A DNA stretch of 64,000 nucleotides from Eledone cirrhosa. Lineage: Eukaryota. The stretch's first letter is position 1. Each line of letters starts with the position of its first letter. Location of the stretch: the NCBI GenBank assembly GCA_964016885.1, contig OZ024743.1:157294001-157358000 (forward strand), read 5' to 3'. Made by a program: the position numbers and the translations under genes. The notes under the pieces were generated by a model. It searched no databases and had not been told where the DNA came from. It was given only the letters and a program-made list of their open reading frames with translations. Positions 38,987-53,276 of the stretch are shown here, in pieces.

Positions 38987-38990
<4 letters not shown>
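37661..38990. mobile_element. Palindromic retrozyme-like element of a ~600-nt circularly permuted unit
   Basis: Right arm 38389-38990 is one unit. Left arm 37661-38368 is more than one unit in a different permutation. HHR-like motif present, (TA)n flanks, no meaningful ORF. Confidence 0.75.
38644..38749 (+). ncRNA. Hammerhead-like motif with ~78-nt domain II and variant core
   Basis: ccc CTAATGA...GAAA ctacgtag TC ggg, with palindromic ACTACGTAGT stem III and a GUC triplet. The 3' half is also at 37737-37755(-) and 38323-38342(-). Confidence 0.5.
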
Positions 38991-39067
<77 letters not shown>

Positions 39068-39726
39068 CATGAGTAGAAAGAAGAATACTGCGTGGTTTGC
39101 ACATAGGTTACATATGATAACAATAGGCCTTCGTCAGTGATTTGCCAACCATCATTGGTATTTCATCGCATTAAAAATCAGATACCTCAGGTTGGTGCGA
39201 GCAATAAGCTAAAAAAAGTTATTGGGACCAGTAATCGCGTAAAGCGAGGGTGACAAGTGAACAACATAGAAGGATAAAAACAAACCAAAGAAAGGAAATA
39301 AATAAGCAACATGGTAGTCCTGGTCAGCATAAGTTGGGTGGATTTCATGAGCGATTAGTACAGACGTCCGACGTGAGTGAAATGGAAGCAAGAAAGGGCC
39401 CACTGTTAACCAAACGGGAGGAAGTGAGAATGGGAGAAACAGAGAGTGAGTGAGTGGAAGTGCAAGGAAGCGGTCAGTCGAGAGAAAGTGTAACTGACAG
39501 AGGGGGCGAAAGAAGGTGAGAGAAACAGAGAGAGCGGGGAAGCAGTAAGAGAGAAACAGACAAACGCAGCCGAGGTAAATATGTATAAAAAACATGAGAA
39601 GAAAGAAGTATACTGCGTGGTTTGCACATGGGTTACATATGATAAAAATAGTCCTTCGTCAGTGATTTGCCAACCATCATTGGTATTTCATCGCATTAAA
39701 AATCAGATACCTCAGGTTGGTGCGAG

Positions 39727-39727
<1 letters not shown>
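39068..39727 (-). mobile_element. Terminally redundant non-coding element (period ~525 nt), retrozyme/pLTR-like
   Basis: 39068-39202 is repeated at 39593-39727. Each repeat has CTGACGA on the minus strand. (TA)n flanks. Confidence 0.55.
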
Positions 39728-39796
<69 letters not shown>

Positions 39797-39798
<2 letters not shown>

Positions 39799-42700
39799 GG
39801 ACTCAATATTTACATATATGGACTCAAAAGATCACAGCCCGCAAATTCGCCTTTTGGAATCCCCGAAAAAATAGTGACAAGGCAGACATATATGAAAAGT
39901 GGCTAAACTCTACCCCAATCATCCACCCCAACAAACAAAAAATAAAACCCATCCCGAATGAACCAGAAAACCATCAAATACATAGGGAAATGATGGCGTT
40001 AGAAAAGTTTAAAATAGAAATAGAGCTGTTGCGGTTGAGAGCCAATCAACGTAGAAAAAATTCAAGTCACTCGACCAAAAGATTGCAACAGAAATCTCAA
40101 GGCACTCTGATGGCCTACTCTATGAAAAAACCTTAAAACGTTGGAAAGAAAATCGTGAGGATGAAGAACTAAAATCCCTCCAGCGATGGAGAAAAAACGC
40201 CACCTGGTTAAACAACTACGAAATGGATTTTAAAAATGAACAACATACAGGTAACCGATTTTAAAAACAAACTAAAACTCACACACGACACTCACAACAA
40301 ATAAAAAAAAGAGTAACAAAATGTCCAACATATCCCCGGCAAAACTATGACGATAATCCCAGAACCCATAGAGAAAACTATAACCCAACTAAAAAAAAAG
40401 AATGTTCCCCCAACACAAGACAGGACCCGATCCGTAGATTACAACCCACACAAAACCTATTCCAAAACCGTAGACCCCTGCCCACACAGAGCCTGTTCTA
40501 AAATCGTAGATCCCAACCCACATAAAGGAACAAAATCTACAACCCGGACCATCAACAAACCGAACCTCAATCCGTCCGAAACTTCTATACAAGACCACAC
40601 AACAACATGGGAAATGCCATTAGATATAATAATACCCATGAAAAAACAATTCAGAAAAATCATTTTTTAGACCAAGGCAACATGATCCACGACACCCGGT
40701 AGCACAAACCGATTTTGAAAAACCGAAAATAATCAACCTTTCAAATAGAAACTTCTCAGCCCAACAAACTAAAATTCTCTCCAAAGTACTGAAATTCACA
40801 CCAACACATCAATACTCTAACCTCAATGAGATAAATGACGATATTTCACACTTCTATAGAAAATTACGTCTCACAGAGGAATCTATTGACCAGGAGAATA
40901 ACGACTAATCAATTGTACGGAATAAAAGCAGCTACAACCCAACAAAGAGCAGGAACAGAGTTCTGGACGAATTGTGTGACCACATACCAACTTTCCCATA
41001 CCATGAACTAACGCAACCTAAACCTAAACCCAACACGAGTCGATGGGAATGGGAGATTATCCATGAACTAAAAAACAATACTGACATTATAATTAAGGAA
41101 GCGGACAAGGGAAGTACTGTCGTCATTATGGATGCTGAACATTATAAAAATGATATGTTCTCTCTCTTACAAGATACTAACTACTATGAAAGAGTAAAAA
41201 AACTAGCAGCAATTAAAAACGATGACCAGATTAAAGACATTCATTCGACGATACCAGGAAGACTTAACTAAAAAGGAACGCGATTATTTAAAACATTTTG
41301 AATACAAAACCAGCAACCGATGCCTGTAAACAATCCACCTCAACCTGCGTGAACACACAATACCCCACATACCTTAAATTAAGACCAATTGTAGCGGGCC
41401 CACAATGTGAAACACACAGACTAAGCAACTTTATAGATATACTACTAAAACGAATTCTCAAACATATACCAAGCTTTGTAAGAGACGATCTGGACCTCTT
41501 AAACCACCTCCACAAACATGTCAACAACGACACTATTACTGTGTTTTTCTATGTAGTGAATCTCTACACAACGATCCCACACCAATACGGACTAGAAGCA
41601 ATAGGATTCAGGCTAGAGAAATACCCCAATGAGATACCTGACAGAATAGAAAAAAAGCTTCATTGTCGAGGGATTCAAATTTATTTTACAGACAACTTTT
41701 TTTATTTCGATGGCAGTACTTACAAGCAAATATCGGAGACTGCAATAGGTATAAAAGTCGCTCCAAACTAAGCCAACTTAGCCATGGCATACCTGGAAGT
41801 CCAGATATATGAACAGTCCAAATCAAAATACGGATTGAACTTCCACAAATATTTATCAGAGAATTGGAAACGCTACTTGGATGATTGTCTCATTCTTTGG
41901 TCTCACACACTCGATCAACTAAATAATTTCAAAAATGTAATTAACGGCATCAATAACCACATCCAATTCACAATAGAATACAGCCAAGATCAATTCCCAT
42001 TTCTGGACATCTTAATCATAAAAAAGTCACAAATATTGAAATTGACATACACTACAAACCAACAGATTCCAAACAATACCTGCTATTCACCTCCAACCAT
42101 CCAAAGCACACGAAGACGAACATCCCTATTAACCTAACAAGAAAAATTTGCACAATTGTCTACAATTATGAAACGCGAAATAAAAGACTTCAAGAATTAA
42201 AGGAAATTCTGCTCGAAAGACAGTACCCACCATTACTAATAAATAATGGAATAGAAAGGGCTAAAGAAATAGGCATTGATGTATTACGAAAACAGAAACA
42301 AATTCAAGGTACGTCCAATATTCTATTTCAACACACAACCCAAAAAATCCGGAAGCTAACAACACTATTCACAAGAACATCCTACTATTGAAACAAAACC
42401 CAAGAATGAAAAAAGCCCTTGAAACACACAAAATAATCAAAAGCAAAAGACAGCCGAAATCACTAAAAACATTACTCACCAGTGCCAAATTACCTACCAC
42501 AAACCCGCAACCAACTGTCAAAAAATGTGGTCGCTCTAATTGTGGAACCTGCACTCACCTCATTGAAAGCAACCCGTATACATTTCAATCAGGACAAAAT
42601 TTTGCTGTAAAAAATCACTTCACTTGCTCATCATAAACTCTAAATTTATGCCATTAAATGTAAAAGATGCAATGAAGATCATATAGGACAAACTAAACTC

Positions 42701-44054
42701 ACATTTAGAAACAGAATGGCAGTTCATCGCCAACAATTACGAGACCCTACCACAGGACAGATTCCACTCAGTGCACATCTAAACATATACACAAGTAATA
42801 AGACACCCAAATTCCAAGTCTTCCCGTTTTATCTTTGCGCTGACAATACACAGAACAAATACTAATAAATAAGGAAAATATGTTTATTCAAAAATATAGA
42901 CCAGCATTAAATATAGTTTAATATACATTATGCTAAAACCATAACATGCTAACCATCCAAACAGACACATACATACATACACATAACACCTATTTTAGAA
43001 AATAAAAACCAGAATTAAATAAACCTTAACATACGTTAATACTCTAACACCTTAACATGCTAACCACACATACATAACTCCCTCCCCATTTCTACTAACG
43101 GAATGATTTTCCTATACACACACACACACAAAATATATATATATATATATATATTATATTCTCTCTATCTGAACATGCTAACCATACTCCCACACACACA
43201 TGCACACACACACATAACATCAATACACACACAACTCCCTCCCCCATTTCTACTAATAGAATAATCTTCCTGCACACACACACCAGCACACAAATAAACA
43301 TAAATATCTCTACTTTCTTTATTTCAATAGAAAGTCTGAATTTTGAAACCCCAACACACCAGCCATATTCACTGAACCAGAACAATTCTCACCATCCCGT
43401 TTTTCTTGACCATTATATTTTGTTTGGCACAAAATTCTCTAAATGGTTACAAAAAAATTCCAAAATACGGGCGCAAAATGTATTGTACTTGTTCACGTGA
43501 GAGTCATAATTTCATTTATAACCAATCAAATTACATTTATATTAAAAAAAGCCTTCGTGAGCCACCTTTTTTAAGTAAAAAGAAATTCAAACACAAACTG
43601 GCGCGAAAGCTGGTGTGCTTATTCATGTGACTGCATCAACCAACCAAACTTCACTCATTTATGAAAAAATAACACGAGCCCCCCCCCCCCCTTTTTTTTA
43701 TGCAAATATAATAAGAACTTTGTAACGCGAACTGGCGCGAAATTTATTATACTTATTCGCCAACCAACCAAATTACTTCTCTAAAAACCTAGCATTTCGA
43801 GCCACTTTTTTCCATATAAAACAGAACTAACATTCAAACACCAACCATATGTGAGAAAAACCACAAACCCACCATCTCAATTCTACTTTCGAAAAGCAGA
43901 AGAACTGCGAAACCGGTAAAGGAACCAAATAAATATATATTTTAACAAAAAAAAAACTCTAGTTGCATTTTCAATTTCATCATTTTCCTTATATTTTAAC
44001 TCGTGTAGGATACCTCGTTTTATTTTTCATTTTGTAAAAAAACGTCACTTTCTA

Positions 44055-44056
<2 letters not shown>
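39797..44056 (+). mobile_element. Near full-length decayed Neptune/Naiad-type PLE
   Basis: IINLS..LSK.LKFTPT, IIIKEADKGS.VVIMD, LRPIVAGP, V.NLYT.IP, WKRYLDD, FLD, KKCGRSNCGTC and IGQT motifs. The 3'UTR resembles 7560-8017. Confidence 0.88.
43886..43921 (+). ncRNA. Variant minimal hammerhead (U3:A8)
   Basis: ctt TCGAAAA gcag-aagaa-ctgc GAAA ccgg TA aag, with palindromic ACCGGT stem III. Confidence 0.55.
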
Positions 44057-44100
<44 letters not shown>

Positions 44101-44549
44101 TGTGTTGTGTCTTTGAAATGGAAGTGGTGGAGATGGACCAGCCATTGACGAACATGAAATAACTGTTATGTCATTCAATAAAGTGTAATTTTATTTCGTT
44201 TCTTCATTTTATTTTTTTATTTTTCATTCTTTTTTTTTTTTCATTTAAAACAAAACTTAAATGCTTGTCCTTCTTTCCTGCTATACATGCCAGTTCATCG
44301 TCTCCTGGTTTCAAGTGAAATTTTTTTCCTATTCTTTATAGGATATCTACGTTATTTACATAGTCTAATTGTAAATTATGCCATCGCAATAAATTAAAAC
44401 AAAACATTTATTTTCTTTAACCTGAATGTTATTATTGACAGTGAGTGGTTGTTCTGCTTTGCTCACATTTCATTTTCTTTTTCTCATTTTGTTATAACTT
44501 GCTAACATGTTTAACTCTAGCCTTTCCTATTCAGCCCCATGATTATTCA

Positions 44550-44850
<301 letters not shown>

Positions 44851-44870
44851 GAATATTTGTGTGTGTATAA

Positions 44871-45055
44871 AGTGGATTGGCAGTATCGGTAGGCTGTCAG
44901 ATGCCATGCTTTGAAGCAAAGACTTACGGCCCTTTATGGTCTGAGTTCAAATCCCGCCGAGGTTAACTTTGCCTTTCATCCTTACGAGGTCGATAAAATA
45001 AAGTACCAATAATACACTCGGCTAATTGCTGGCCTTGTGCCAAAAGTAGAAACAA
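44871..45055 (+). mobile_element. tRNA-derived SINE with Meta-type core
   Basis: Homologous to 30908-31095. Confidence 0.75.
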
Positions 45056-45322
45056 TTATATTTGTTATTTTTCTCTGTTCCCATGTGGATGCGCTATCAA
45101 TGTATACTTTACTTTCAAATTATACTGGTTCTATTCTTTTAAAATAACATTTAATATTATTCGCTTTAAAAAAGAAACAAAATCATTTTTTTTTTATATA
45201 TTTCGTTTATTTTATGGGTTTGGAACGCTGTTTTCATTTATTTGCATAGGTGTTGTTTTTCATTTCATATTTTTTATAGGTTTTCACAGATCTTTTTCAA
45301 ATTCAGCTGAGGAACTGACCTT

Positions 45323-48300
45323 ATAGTTTCGATATTACGATGGGTTCGAGTGACTCAGCACTGGTGACGGACCTGGTGGGAGTATATCTCCTCCAAAGGC
45401 TAGCGGAGGAGATCCCAGGGATCTGCGGAGGAATATATAGAGACGACGCACTACTTACCTCCCACTCCCTAAACCGAACCAACTGGAGCATATGAGGAAG
45501 CGCATGTCGCATTTCTTTAACAGCACGGCTTATCCATGCTGATAGATCCTAGCACTAAGTCGGTGAATTTCCTAGATGTAACTCTAGAACTGAATACGGC
45601 ATAAACCGGCCTTACCCCAAGCCCAACGAGAACCTGCAATATGTAAACAGGGACACGAACGACCCCAAGGCCGTAATAGACGCCATAGTAAAAGGGGTAT
45701 CCAAACGCGGATCAACACGGTCGGCTAACGCAGACGTGTTTAATCAGCACGCCGATTATTATAACGAGGCGCTGCGTAGAGCCGGTTACACAGAAGCCAT
45801 GGTGTGCACCCCAGACAGGGAAGGGCCGATGGGCGAGAAACACGCATATGAGGATAGCAATAGTACTTCCATAAGTAGGCAGAACACCCGGGAACGCGCA
45901 TCTAAGAATAGGGCTAGCATTACAGGTTACCGCAGGGACACAAAACTGACACTGAGACAGACGAAGGCACAGGCGGACGATAGACTATATAGTACACGCA
46001 GAATCTTAACACAAACACAATACATGACGGGGGAACTAGAACTAGTGACAGAGTAAAGGAAGCTCTGGATGGGGAACCAGATAGGGGGAATACCCGGATC
46101 AATAGCCTAGGAAAAGCCCTGACAGTAGCACCAGATAGCAATAATGGGACTACCAGTAGGGCCGACAATATAGAACAGAATATTTTAGTAAACGAACGAT
46201 GTAATACGGACGCACATGGTAGATATATAGATAGCGGTAACATAGGGGATGAACTAACAGGTAGAGTCAACCCGGGAGGGACACCTGACCCACGACACAT
46301 TAGTACTACTACACATAGACGACGGAATAGGACTAAGTCTAAGACGATTACGTGGTTTAACGCGTCGTATTCGAAGCATGTATGCCCCCAATGCACCAGG
46401 CCTTTTCTTCAGAGCGTTGGATCTGTACTTCCCACCTTCGAACAGGTACCACAGGATATTCAACGGCAACACAGTGAAGTTCTTCTCCACCGCACCTAAC
46501 ATGCCAGACTATATGGCCAAAACCAATGCGGTGAAGTTGTGGAAACTCAACAGCCAACTACGGCAGGCAGCCGACGATCCTGGGGTGCCTGGAGGACCAC
46601 AGGGAGGCAGGGTTTCCAACTATAGTCCGGTCCCCACAGTAGCCGACACACCTGCGGAAGATGCAGTACTCGACTACCAGGTGGCACTGTAAGACGGAAA
46701 GGAGCCCACCGCACCGACAGAACAACATCCAGAGAATCGGGAGAACGCCGCAATAAGGCCAGGACCCAGCGTCAGGAGTGAGCAACATACCGGCCGAACC
46801 TGCAACTGCAGAGTAGGTACACAATGCCCTCTGCAGGGAAGATGCCTAACAAAGGGCGTCGTCTATAAATGTGTGGTTAACACGCACAACACCAAGCGCA
46901 CCTACATCGGCGCAGTATCCACGACCTTTAAATCGAGGATGCACAATCACACGAATTCTTTCAAGGACCGGAGCAAGAGACACGCCACTAGGCTGGCGGA
47001 CCTAATATAGGACTTGAAAGACACCGGCACCTCGTATGATCTCAACTGGAGTATCGTTCAACGAGCCAGTGCATATTCGGCTGGTGGGAGGAAGTGCAGA
47101 CTATGCCTGTCCCAGGCCATGGAGATATTGAGATTAAAGGATGACGCAGTCAGCCTGAAATCGGAGTTCAACATGACATGCAGACACCAGCGAAGGTGCA
47201 CACTCTCCGCATGCATACCCCCGGATGGCCCCACGTAAGCCATGCGGGAAGTGGACGTCAGGTCAGTCGGGGTGGCAGCGCGGGTCCATGGGAACCGACA
47301 CCATACGTTGATGACTATGTATGCCCAGTGGGGTAGGTCGACACTATCAATGCTGCCCATTTGACTCTGCACCTCATCTTAAACACCACCGTCGCAGTAG
47401 CCAGGAAACGGCGGCTCAATTTCCATGGGTATAATCAATCCCGTACCATACATCACTAAGGTACTCTATTTCTGCCACAGTAACATGCTCCATTATAAGC
47501 TGTCCTTCCGCACTCCCTACATATGTATCTTTTAAGTAGTGTGTGTATTTTCTCTACGTATTCCATTATATAACACTGTATGTATTTTTTCATGTACAAC
47601 CCAATCTGTATTTTTTATATATGTCTTGTATATTTTTATATATTTTTATATATTCTTTATATATGTTTTATATATGTTTGGGGTATACCCTTTACATTAT
47701 TCCTATGAGCTTCCCATATGTAATTTTGTTTAAGGTTTCTATATGTGGATTGATTCACGTTAGCACCATAATGCCAACTTAGTCAACATGTGCATCAAAG
47801 TGTGCCTGCATATAGTATATACCGTTATGCGAGATGCTGCATGCATTCACAGACGTATCTCCCATATGTACTTTATTTGTACATTTCCGGCATTTCCCTT
47901 CGTAATATTTCGCTGTGCACTAAATGATGTACAGCATCATGTGCATGCGTGTATGCACTTTCTAATTAGTTTTATACAGTTTATTTTCATATATATACGT
48001 ACGTGTCTGTGTGTATGTCTGTCTCGGTGTGTGTGTATATATGTATATGTGTGTGTGTATGTATAAGTACACACACGTATATGTGGGTGTGTGTGTGCGA
48101 GTGCATGAACGCACACACATATATATATATGTATATGTGTGCGTATATATATGTGTGTGTGTGTAGTAGTAGTAGTAGGCTTGAATGAATGCATATGTAA
48201 GCACGTGTGTGTATGTATGGGTGAGCATATATGTGTGTATGTACCCATGTGTATAAAAATATGTGTATATATGTATATATATATATATGTGTGTGTGTGT

Positions 48301-49013
48301 ATGTGTGTGCATGTGTGTGTGTGTGCGTGTGTGTGTGTGTGTGTGTGTGACTGTGTATGAATAGATATATGTATATACGAGGGTCCCTTATGTGTACGTG
48401 TGGGCATGTGTCTGTGTAAGAGTGTATGAGAGATGAATGTATGAGAGGTGAATATAAATATGTTAGTATATATGAATATATATCTGTATGTACATGCAAA
48501 CACGCAAGCTCTCAGTGTATGTGTGTGTGTAGATCCACACAGATAAGTGTACGATTAATGGCTCGGAATGCCTGTATATATGTGTGAATACATGTTCGTG
48601 TGGGTGTATATGTATGGGGAGGCAGGCAAGCAAGGGATTGGCATGGTAATTCATAAAAACTCTCCTACACTAGAGTAATTTTGGCGATAGGATTGGGGTG
48701 TGTGTGACAGCTCCCGCCTGAATGGAGATGGCCAGTGGGCAGATTTCAATGGTCAAGCACTATGATGACGTCACGAACCATCGACCAATCTAAGTGCCGC
48801 GCAAACCGGATGATGGCAGATGATAAAGTTTTGAAGGGTCGGAGTCCTGCAGAAAGAGAATTTGCTTCGAAATCACTAGACGTATCTGAGGAACTTACGA
48901 ATCCAGAGTCAGGCTCGATACATAAACAGATCGCACCCCGAGCTGTTCGCCAGAGAAACAATTGTAATACGTTATAAATTGTGTTCCGATGCATCACTGA
49001 TTCTTTGTTTTCC

Positions 49014-49017
<4 letters not shown>
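45323..49017 (+). mobile_element. Second, divergent Hydra-type PLE family (5'-truncated, decayed) with long 3'UTR
   Basis: FDITMGSSDSA.VTDLVG, GGIYRDDAL, VNFLDVTL, ITWFN, FPPSNRYHRIFN, CNC....CPLQGRCL..GVVYKC, YIG and CRLC motifs. Ends at (TA)n just after an HHR. Confidence 0.8.
48881..48971 (+). ncRNA. Type-I hammerhead with ~62-nt domain II
   Basis: cgtat CTGAGGA [62 nt incl. CAG-GCTCG/CGAGC-TG] GAAA caattg TA atacg: 5-bp stem I, ACAATTGT palindrome, GUA triplet. Confidence 0.7.
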
Positions 49018-49074
<57 letters not shown>

Positions 49075-50589
49075 TTATTTATATATATATATATGTATGT
49101 ATGTATATGTATATATTTATATATATGTATGTATGTATATAGTTAGAAATTAAGCAAGCATTTTAAATACACCACAAGCACTGTCTCATTTAATTATATA
49201 AAAATACGTTTGAGCGTCTGGGTGTGCTTCTGTACAACTACATGTATTTCAAAGTGAATCTGCGTAAATGAATATTTGTGTTAGTGCCCTAGAGTGAAAT
49301 GTTGATAATGAATTCTAAATCATATAATCTTATTTGTTTTCCTTTCAGACTGTTTACATTATCTCCCTTTCGATTGATTATATCTGTAAACTATAGTGTA
49401 TTACTGGCATAATTGATGTATGAACATAGGTGGGGCCAGTGCTTTGTATCAGCCTTGGAAAGTTTCGACCAGAAAACTTTGAGGATGTACAATATTTTAT
49501 ATATGTGATACGTTGTTGTTTTTATTTTTTTATAATAAATCAATTGAAACTCCTTTTTGTTGTATTTTGTTGTAAATGCAGAATTACAATACATAACAAG
49601 AATGAGATATGAAGGTTAATAATGTGTATTACAGTAACAAATTATGCAAACAAATACTGTCGTTCAGTGTTTTACTACAAAATGGAGTATGATGCAATCA
49701 ATATTTAGCTTTTATCCCGTCAACTATTCAGTGCAATTGTGCTGAAAGTTTCCAGCCTGGTTCATAGAATTAACTGATTCTCCACGATTTATGTGACAGG
49801 CGATGGAATTGGGAAATGCCGAACTGAATAGATGTTCTTCAAAATGTAAAATCGTGAACAGAGAATGAATAGTCGATGTACGGGATCACATTAATTTTCA
49901 AGTATACGAATTATGTATCTCCTAAAAAGGATCGTACAATTCATACATTATTAATATAATAAATACGTCTGTAATTTTAGTTAATTTATTTTAATGTTTG
50001 TCTTACCATCAAATAGACATTTAAATCTTTACGCTTTTGTCTCATATGAATATATTCAAATATGCTCTATGGGTACCTTGAATGTGTGTACGTTTCAAAC
50101 AATGTCCAACTTCTTGGCTTTCGACTCAATGTCTATTTGAGATTTTAATATATTGATTTCAATTTTTCTTCGATATATACGTTATACGATATTGCAAACA
50201 TTACTTTTCTAATATTTATTGTTCGTGTTATTTAAGTGTTAGCCTCGATATGAAATACCTTGGTTGAAACAGCTTAAGCTTATTCAAATGAACAATTATT
50301 CGCATGTAGTATCGCGTAATCATTTTACACATACACTTCGTTTAATAGACATTTTAGGGTCAACAACATCATAGATCACAAACAGTGAGAAAGCTTCTAC
50401 ACGGCCGTTGTATTTAGGGAAATTAGCAGCCAAATGCTTTCAAATAACACAGTAGTCTCAGATTCACTATGGCAGACAAAAACACGTGACAGTCATGGTT
50501 AAATTATCTTAGTAATAGATCTACTTATCTGGACTGAAATGAAACAACAATGTAAAATCAAAGTCAAAAGAAACAAATAATGATTTTTC

Positions 50590-50712
50590 CTACAGGCGCA
50601 AGGCCAGTCATTTTTTGTTGTGGTGGGAGGGGGTCGATTTAATGGACCCCAGTACAGATGCTTTATTTTCTTGACCCCGTAATGATGAAAGGCAAAGTTA
50701 ACCTCGGCGCGA
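50590..50712 (-). mobile_element. SINE fragment (Meta-type core)
   Basis: Minus strand GCCGAGGTTAACTTTGCCTTTCATCATTACGGGGTCAAGAAAATAAAG. Confidence 0.6.
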
Positions 50713-51522
50713 TTGGAAAGGTTTCTCAAGAATAGTATATGCCACGAGGTAGATCCAAAATCAGTAGTTTCCCATGTTTAAAGATACCAGTAAAAATCCC
50801 TGACCAATGCTGCGTCATGTTAATTGGCTACACTGAACCACATATCACCTATAATTAATCTATCCAACATACAATTTCTAAGTGGGTGCAGGGTTTTTTA
50901 TACAACGTAGTTTGGATCAGAAAAATGTTCAAGTGTTTAAGTAAAAATTTCATTTATTTATTTAATAATTTATTTTAAATATATTCAGTTAATGTAATTC
51001 GATCAGCCTTTTATGTATATGTCAATATTTATATCTTTCAGTTAAATGCTTATTTTCCTTTTTTATTGGTAGGGCGGGTGTTTTAAGGATTGTAATAGAT
51101 TTCTGATACAAGTTTCCGAAATACTTTTAGTTACACGTCCGACTTGTCCAGGTTAATATTATCTCGTTCATAGTGAATATATATCAGGTTTAATGAACTT
51201 TATGTTTGGTCGCTATAAGTTGACTTAATGGTATTTTAATCTCACATTGTTAGTTTGTTCGGGAATATCAGAGTATGGTTTATTTTGCTGGTTGGCTGTA
51301 TGTCAGATTAGGTTCAATTTTTTTTTTTTTTTTTGGTGAGAGGGCATGTTTAAGAAAACATTCCAGTTGGTTCCAATGAATGTGGCCAATTACGCAATGG
51401 GGTCGTAGTCTATAGATATATTCTGCAATATGGTATCGCAACTTTACCCTGCTATCGTGCCGTCTTCCCCATACCAGTGATTGGTGAGGGTTAGTGGTTG
51501 GTTTGGAAGTTGATGGTCTTGG

Positions 51523-51585
<63 letters not shown>

Positions 51586-51602
51586 CATATATATATATAT
51601 AT

Positions 51603-52648
<1,046 letters not shown>

Positions 52649-52650
<2 letters not shown>

Positions 52651-52711
52651 CGAAATACGCAAAAAAGGATTATATAATAAATAGATGTACATTTAAAACC
52701 GTCTCCCATAT

Positions 52712-52766
<55 letters not shown>

Positions 52767-52997
52767 GGATACTTAGTAAAATCGAATCTCTGGCGGTTTG
52801 CAAGCAAATTCATCCTACTATGAGACTGAGTTAGAAAAAGGACTCAATATACCAAAGTAACGAAAGAACTAACAGGTTGAGAAAAATACGCCTGGACAAA
52901 TTAAACGTTTAAAGTGTTATATATATATATATTATAAATAAGGTAGACGGTTTTAAATGTACATCTGTTTATTATATAATCCTTTTTTGCGTATTTC

Positions 52998-53001
<4 letters not shown>
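52649..53001. repeat. Inverted repeat pair between (TA)n tracts
   Basis: 52649-52720 mirrors 52930-53001. Confidence 0.65.
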
Positions 53002-53045
<44 letters not shown>

Positions 53046-53048
<3 letters not shown>

Positions 53049-53238
53049 AACGAGTAGGACCCCGACGGCTGAGCCTCAAGCCGTTTCGACGGCTAATTCT
53101 GAGTCCAGAATTAGCCGTCGAGACGGCTTGAGCTCAGCCGTCGGGGTCCTACTCGTTCCTATTACCCACTCTACTACCCTAAGTATTGACTACTTTGGTG
53201 CGTTATGGTCCACCTGGTTCCTTACCACATTTCCTTCG

Positions 53239-53240
<2 letters not shown>
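53046..53240 (+). mobile_element. Family A fold-back element
   Basis: Arms centred at about 53103 plus the family tail, (TA)n flanks. Confidence 0.8.

Positions 53241-53273
<33 letters not shown>

Positions 53274-53276
<3 letters not shown>

Noticed and set aside
39797-42920. Selenoprotein-type (in-frame UGA) Naiad ORF
   Set aside because: The conserved Cys positions I checked are TGT/TGC. The interruptions are frameshifts and mostly TAA stops, consistent with decay.
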